A stretch of 64,000 nt of DNA from Octopus vulgaris. Lineage: Eukaryota. The stretch lies in NCBI GenBank assembly GCA_951406725.2, contig OX597815.1:19840001-19904000 (forward strand), in the 5' to 3' direction. The position numbers were made by a program, and so were the translations under genes. Under the pieces are notes generated by a model. It saw only the letters and a program-made list of their open reading frames with translations, was not told the origin of the DNA and ran no database searches. This document shows, in pieces, positions 59,750-64,000 of the stretch (the stretch's first letter is position 1; every line of letters begins with the position of its first letter).

Positions 59750-59968
59750 TCAAAATGTGACCGCATGTGTACCGTTGGCGATTTCTTTTTCCTCTGTCTT
59801 CCCTTCTTTGGATCTTTCCTTCTCCTATGTTTCTGACGAAGAGCTCCGCTCGAAACGTTAAACACTCCTTCTTCCCTTCCTTCCTGAGCGTCCAATAATA
59901 CTATATTTATTCCACGTCCTCGCGTTGTTGTGTTTTCTCTTAGTATTTTCATGTTTGGATTAACTATA
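59748..59968 (+). mobile_element. TA-flanked Penelope pLTR-like unit of about 220 bp
   Basis: Pyrimidine-rich unit between (TA)n tracts that carries a minimal hammerhead motif. Confidence 0.6.
59828..59864 (+). ncRNA. Minimal type I hammerhead ribozyme motif
   Basis: TGTTT-CTGACGA-A-GAGC(TCC)GCTC-GAA-ACGT-T-AAACA: 5-bp helix I, intact core, 4-bp helix II, palindromic ACGT helix III, GUU cleavage triplet. Confidence 0.7.
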
Positions 59969-60541
59969 TTTATATATATATATATATGTATATATATATA
60001 AGGAAAACAGAAAATGAAGATAAAATTGATGAATAACAATTGATGTACACAAACTATCATTTAGCAATTAATTACAAAAAGACAGAATTTCATAAATATA
60101 TCAATGCTCTTGACCCATACCTAAATAATACCTGAGTCCTAGACTTGTGAGTCTCCCGGAAAACTGCCCAGTAAGTCCACGATTTAAAACGAATCTATAA
60201 CTATATATATACATATATATATACCAACACCCATATACTTGTCTGTATATATGCTTGCATGTTTGTGTATGCGCACGTGCATGTGTATTTTGGGGTAGTG
60301 TAAATTTGTGATATTTGTATACCTCTTTAAATGCTTAGCAGGTTAGTTGAAGCTAAATATTTGAATTTTGCTAGAAATCAAAACCAATGTCAAATGCCCT
60401 GGCCGAAAATGCCATCTAGTGGGACTGAACCTGAAGTCGCGTGATTACAAAACTAATTTCTAAGCGATTTCGACCTTGCTAAGTCCATATATATGAACAA
60501 ACACAAGCACACACAAATTATATAATATTTATTTGCATATC

Positions 60542-60572
<31 letters not shown>

Positions 60573-60621
60573 CATATGCATCCACACATCCACACATATG
60601 TGTGTGTATGTGTGCATACAC

Positions 60622-60683
<62 letters not shown>

Positions 60684-60886
60684 GTGTAGATACGCACGTA
60701 TGTATGTATGTATGTATGTACGTATGTATATATCGCTCTTTCACCCAGGCTATCAGATATTCTTTCTTATACATTATGGGACACGATGCAGTGTATATAT
60801 ATATATATATATATGCGTATATGAATCTATATTTCATGGATGTATGCATGTAAGCATACATGCCTGCATATATACTACATACATAA

Positions 60887-60917
<31 letters not shown>

Positions 60918-61570
60918 TATGTACATATGTACATACACATATATGTACACATATGTACATATGTTTATATATATATATATGTAAGTATGTATGTATATAT
61001 ACATATATGATTATGTAAGTATATGCGTACATACATGTATGTTGTATGTATACATACATGCATGCATAGATACATAGACATAGACTTGCATATAGGTACA
61101 TACATTCAGGAACACTTCACATGCTCCCGTGCATACATAATGAAACTTCTTGTCAATCAATTACCTCAGCTAATTGTCTTAATCATTGCTAATTGTACAG
61201 TGAATTCTTTTAAAGTTTTTAACAGTTTCTATAGTATCTACAGATATAAGAACGATAGCGTATATCGTTTCATTAACATAGTTACAGAAGTAAGTCAATT
61301 GTAGAGACCCTCTACGTGATCACAACACCTGCTGGAAATAGCTGTCCTATTTCCCTCAAATTACGCACTATTGTCCCAAAAAAATGAAATGAGCTACTGG
61401 ATAAAAAAAATTCTGCTGAAAACAAAGTCCTAGGTATGCTCGATCAAAGTCCGATGTATGCATCAATGATTACAAATTAAACTTGTATAAATGCTTGCTT
61501 GCTCATTCTATAGTGTTTAACTACATAATCAAATGACACATTATTCAGGACCGTATGTATATATATATAT

Positions 61571-61892
61571 GGCTTAGTGGTTAGGGCATTCGGCTCACGA
61601 ATGCGTGAGTTCACGAAGTCGTGAGTTCAATTCCCGGCGACGCGTTGTGTCCCTGAGCAAGACACTTTATTTCACGTTGCTCCAGTCCACTCTGCTGGCA
61701 AAAATGAGTTGTACCTGGATTTCTAAGGGCCGGCCTTGTCACACTCTGTGTCATGCTGAATCTCCCCGAGAACTACGTTAAGGGTACACGTGTCTGTGGA
61801 GTGCTCAGCCACTTGCACGTTAATTTCACGAGCAAGCTGTTCTGTTGATCGTATCAGCTGGGACCCTCGTCGTCGTAACCGACGGAGTGCTC

Positions 61893-61893
<1 letters not shown>
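61571..61893 (+). mobile_element. Near full-length SINE family D
   Basis: GGCTTAGTGGTTAGGG..GAGTTCAATTCCC..CCTGAGCAAGACACTTTATTTCACGTTGCTCCAGTCCACTC..CGTCGTAACCGACGGAGTGCTCC, flanked by TA repeats. Confidence 0.85.
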
Positions 61894-61933
<40 letters not shown>

Positions 61934-62154
61934 CCGTGTGAATATTATTTGTATGTATGTATGCATGTATGTATGTGTGTATATATATAAAACGATGTAT
62001 TATTAGCGTTATTAATGCTAATAAGGTTATAATAAGGTGGGTAGCAAATTAGGAACAAGGATGTCCAGGTATCTGTGCCACCTAACTTCGAGTTGTGCAG
62101 ACCTGCTTGGGGCCTCAACTTAAGTACTTAATTCAAATGAATCTTAATTATTTC

Positions 62155-62232
<78 letters not shown>

Positions 62233-62980
62233 TGTATGTATGTATGTATGTATGTATGTATGTATACAGACACAGGCACATCCACATATATACATATAGC
62301 ATATATGAGATGAGAAGGAGACACAATAAGAGAGAGAGAGAGAGACTATTGTCTTAATATTAGAAATGCTCTTATTTTGCCGAGGTCGACTTGTCCTTAC
62401 ATCTCGTTCATTGTCACACACAGATTGGATCTGTCATGTCAACTTTGATTTGCATGTGTATTGGTCTGTGACGTCACAGTCTTACGTAATCTCTTAGATA
62501 GAGATCACCGCTAAACGATATAGCCACGAACGGTTTGTCATATTTGACCAGCATCATTAACACTTTGATATCAATACTGTCTTGCAGAACAGTGTCATTG
62601 CAGGATGTCTTTATGGTTGAGTGATGCTAGAATTGAATCAGAAGCCTCGGTGATAATTGTTATTATTGCCCAATGTTAATAAGGACCGGCTTTATTGACC
62701 AAACATGTAATATCTTAATTAATAACGATTATCACTGATTAATGTCATATTTCAGCAATATTACTGTCGGCTTGTATTGTATTGGACCAGTATTATCACT
62801 GTTTGATAAGTTGTTTTAATCTATCTTACAGCGGATTGGTTAAATAAATTGAGCAACATCATAAATGATTGTCATCCTTACTTTATTAGCATCATAATTA
62901 ATCAACAGTATAATTGATTCATATTTTAACTGACCGCTAACGATCAAAACATTAAACGATAAAAAAATCATCAACATCAA

Positions 62981-62981
<1 letters not shown>

Positions 62982-63041
<60 letters not shown>

Positions 63042-63091
63042 ATAAGACTGCCATCTGACCAAAGTACGCAAAGGCCTGAAGATACAAGAAA

Positions 63092-63152
<61 letters not shown>

Positions 63153-63197
63153 TATTATAATTATTATTATTATTATTATTTATTATTATTATTATTA

Positions 63198-63251
<54 letters not shown>

Positions 63252-63281
63252 TATTATTATTATTATTATTATTTATTATTA

Positions 63282-63346
<65 letters not shown>

Positions 63347-63360
63347 CATTATTATTGTTA
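62982..63360. repeat. (TTA)n microsatellite
   Basis: Direct inspection. Interrupted at about 63040-63090. Confidence 0.95.
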
Positions 63361-63362
63361 AA

Positions 63363-64000
63363 ACGGCGGGCTGGCAGGATCGTTAGCATGCTAGACTTAA
63401 TGCTTAGTAGTATTTCGCTCGTCGCTACGTTCTGAGTTCAAATTTCGCCGAGGTCAGCTTTACCTTTCATCTTTTCGCGGTCGATAAAATAAGTACCAGT
63501 GAAACACTGGGGTCGATGTAATTGATTCATTCCCTCCCCTAAAATTGTTGCCCTTGTGGCAAAATTTGAAACCATTACTATTATCATTATTATTATTAAG
63601 GCGGCGTGCTAGCAGAAAAGCAAAATGCTTAGCAGTAATTGGTGTCTTCCCGTTCTAAGTTCAAATTCTGCTGAGGTCGATTTTGCCTTTCATCCTTTCG
63701 GGGTCGATAAAATAAGTACCAGTTGAGTACTGGAGCCAATGTAATCGAATATTCCCCAACTCCCAAATTCCAGGCCCTGTGCCTTTAGTAGAAGGAATTA
63801 TTATTATTGTTATTATTGTTGTTGTTGTTATTAAGGCTGCGAGCTGGCAGAATCGTTACTGTGCCGGACAAAATGCTTAACATTTCTTCGGACTTTACGT
63901 TCCGATTTCAAATGCCACCGGGGTTGACTTTGCCTGTCATCTTTTCGGGGTCAATAAAATAAATACCATTTGAGTATTGGGATCAATGTAATCGATTAGC
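63363..64000 (+). mobile_element. Three co-oriented SINE A copies separated by (TTA)n
   Basis: Heads at about 63363, 63598 and 63833, each with the GTTCAAAT..CTTT..GGTCGATAAAATAAGTACCA core. The last copy runs off the window. Confidence 0.9.

Noticed and set aside
62507-62944. ACCGCTAA(A)CGAT direct repeat as a TSD
   Set aside because: The copies differ by an indel and the interior has no element features.

Overview
AT-rich, microsatellite-saturated eukaryotic DNA. The repeat families and the (TA)n/(CA)n/(TACA)n/(GATA)n/(TTA)n load look like an octopus (coleoid cephalopod) genome; this is an inference from remembered repeat families, not a database result. Almost all ORF-track entries are translations of simple repeats, and no complete gene can be supported. 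Supported content: (i) at least four tRNA-headed SINE families, several with target-site duplications, including a TSD-bounded tetrameric array; (ii) two decayed RTE-type LINE reverse-transcriptase fragments; (iii) a decayed Tc1/mariner transposase with 37-residue catalytic spacing, plus MITE-like relics; (iv) an LTR-like unit sharing 52 bp with the tail of the youngest SINE; (v) short TA-flanked Penelope-like units carrying minimal hammerhead-ribozyme motifs, one apparently intact and one inside long inverted repeats; (vi) several long inverted repeats and palindromes; (vii) two groups of candidate short first exons, on the minus strand at 9-15 kb and the plus strand at 43.4 and 57.4 kb, hinting at divergent genes with alternative starts whose bodies are not visible here. 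Coordinates were counted by eye, and repeat ends are approximate.
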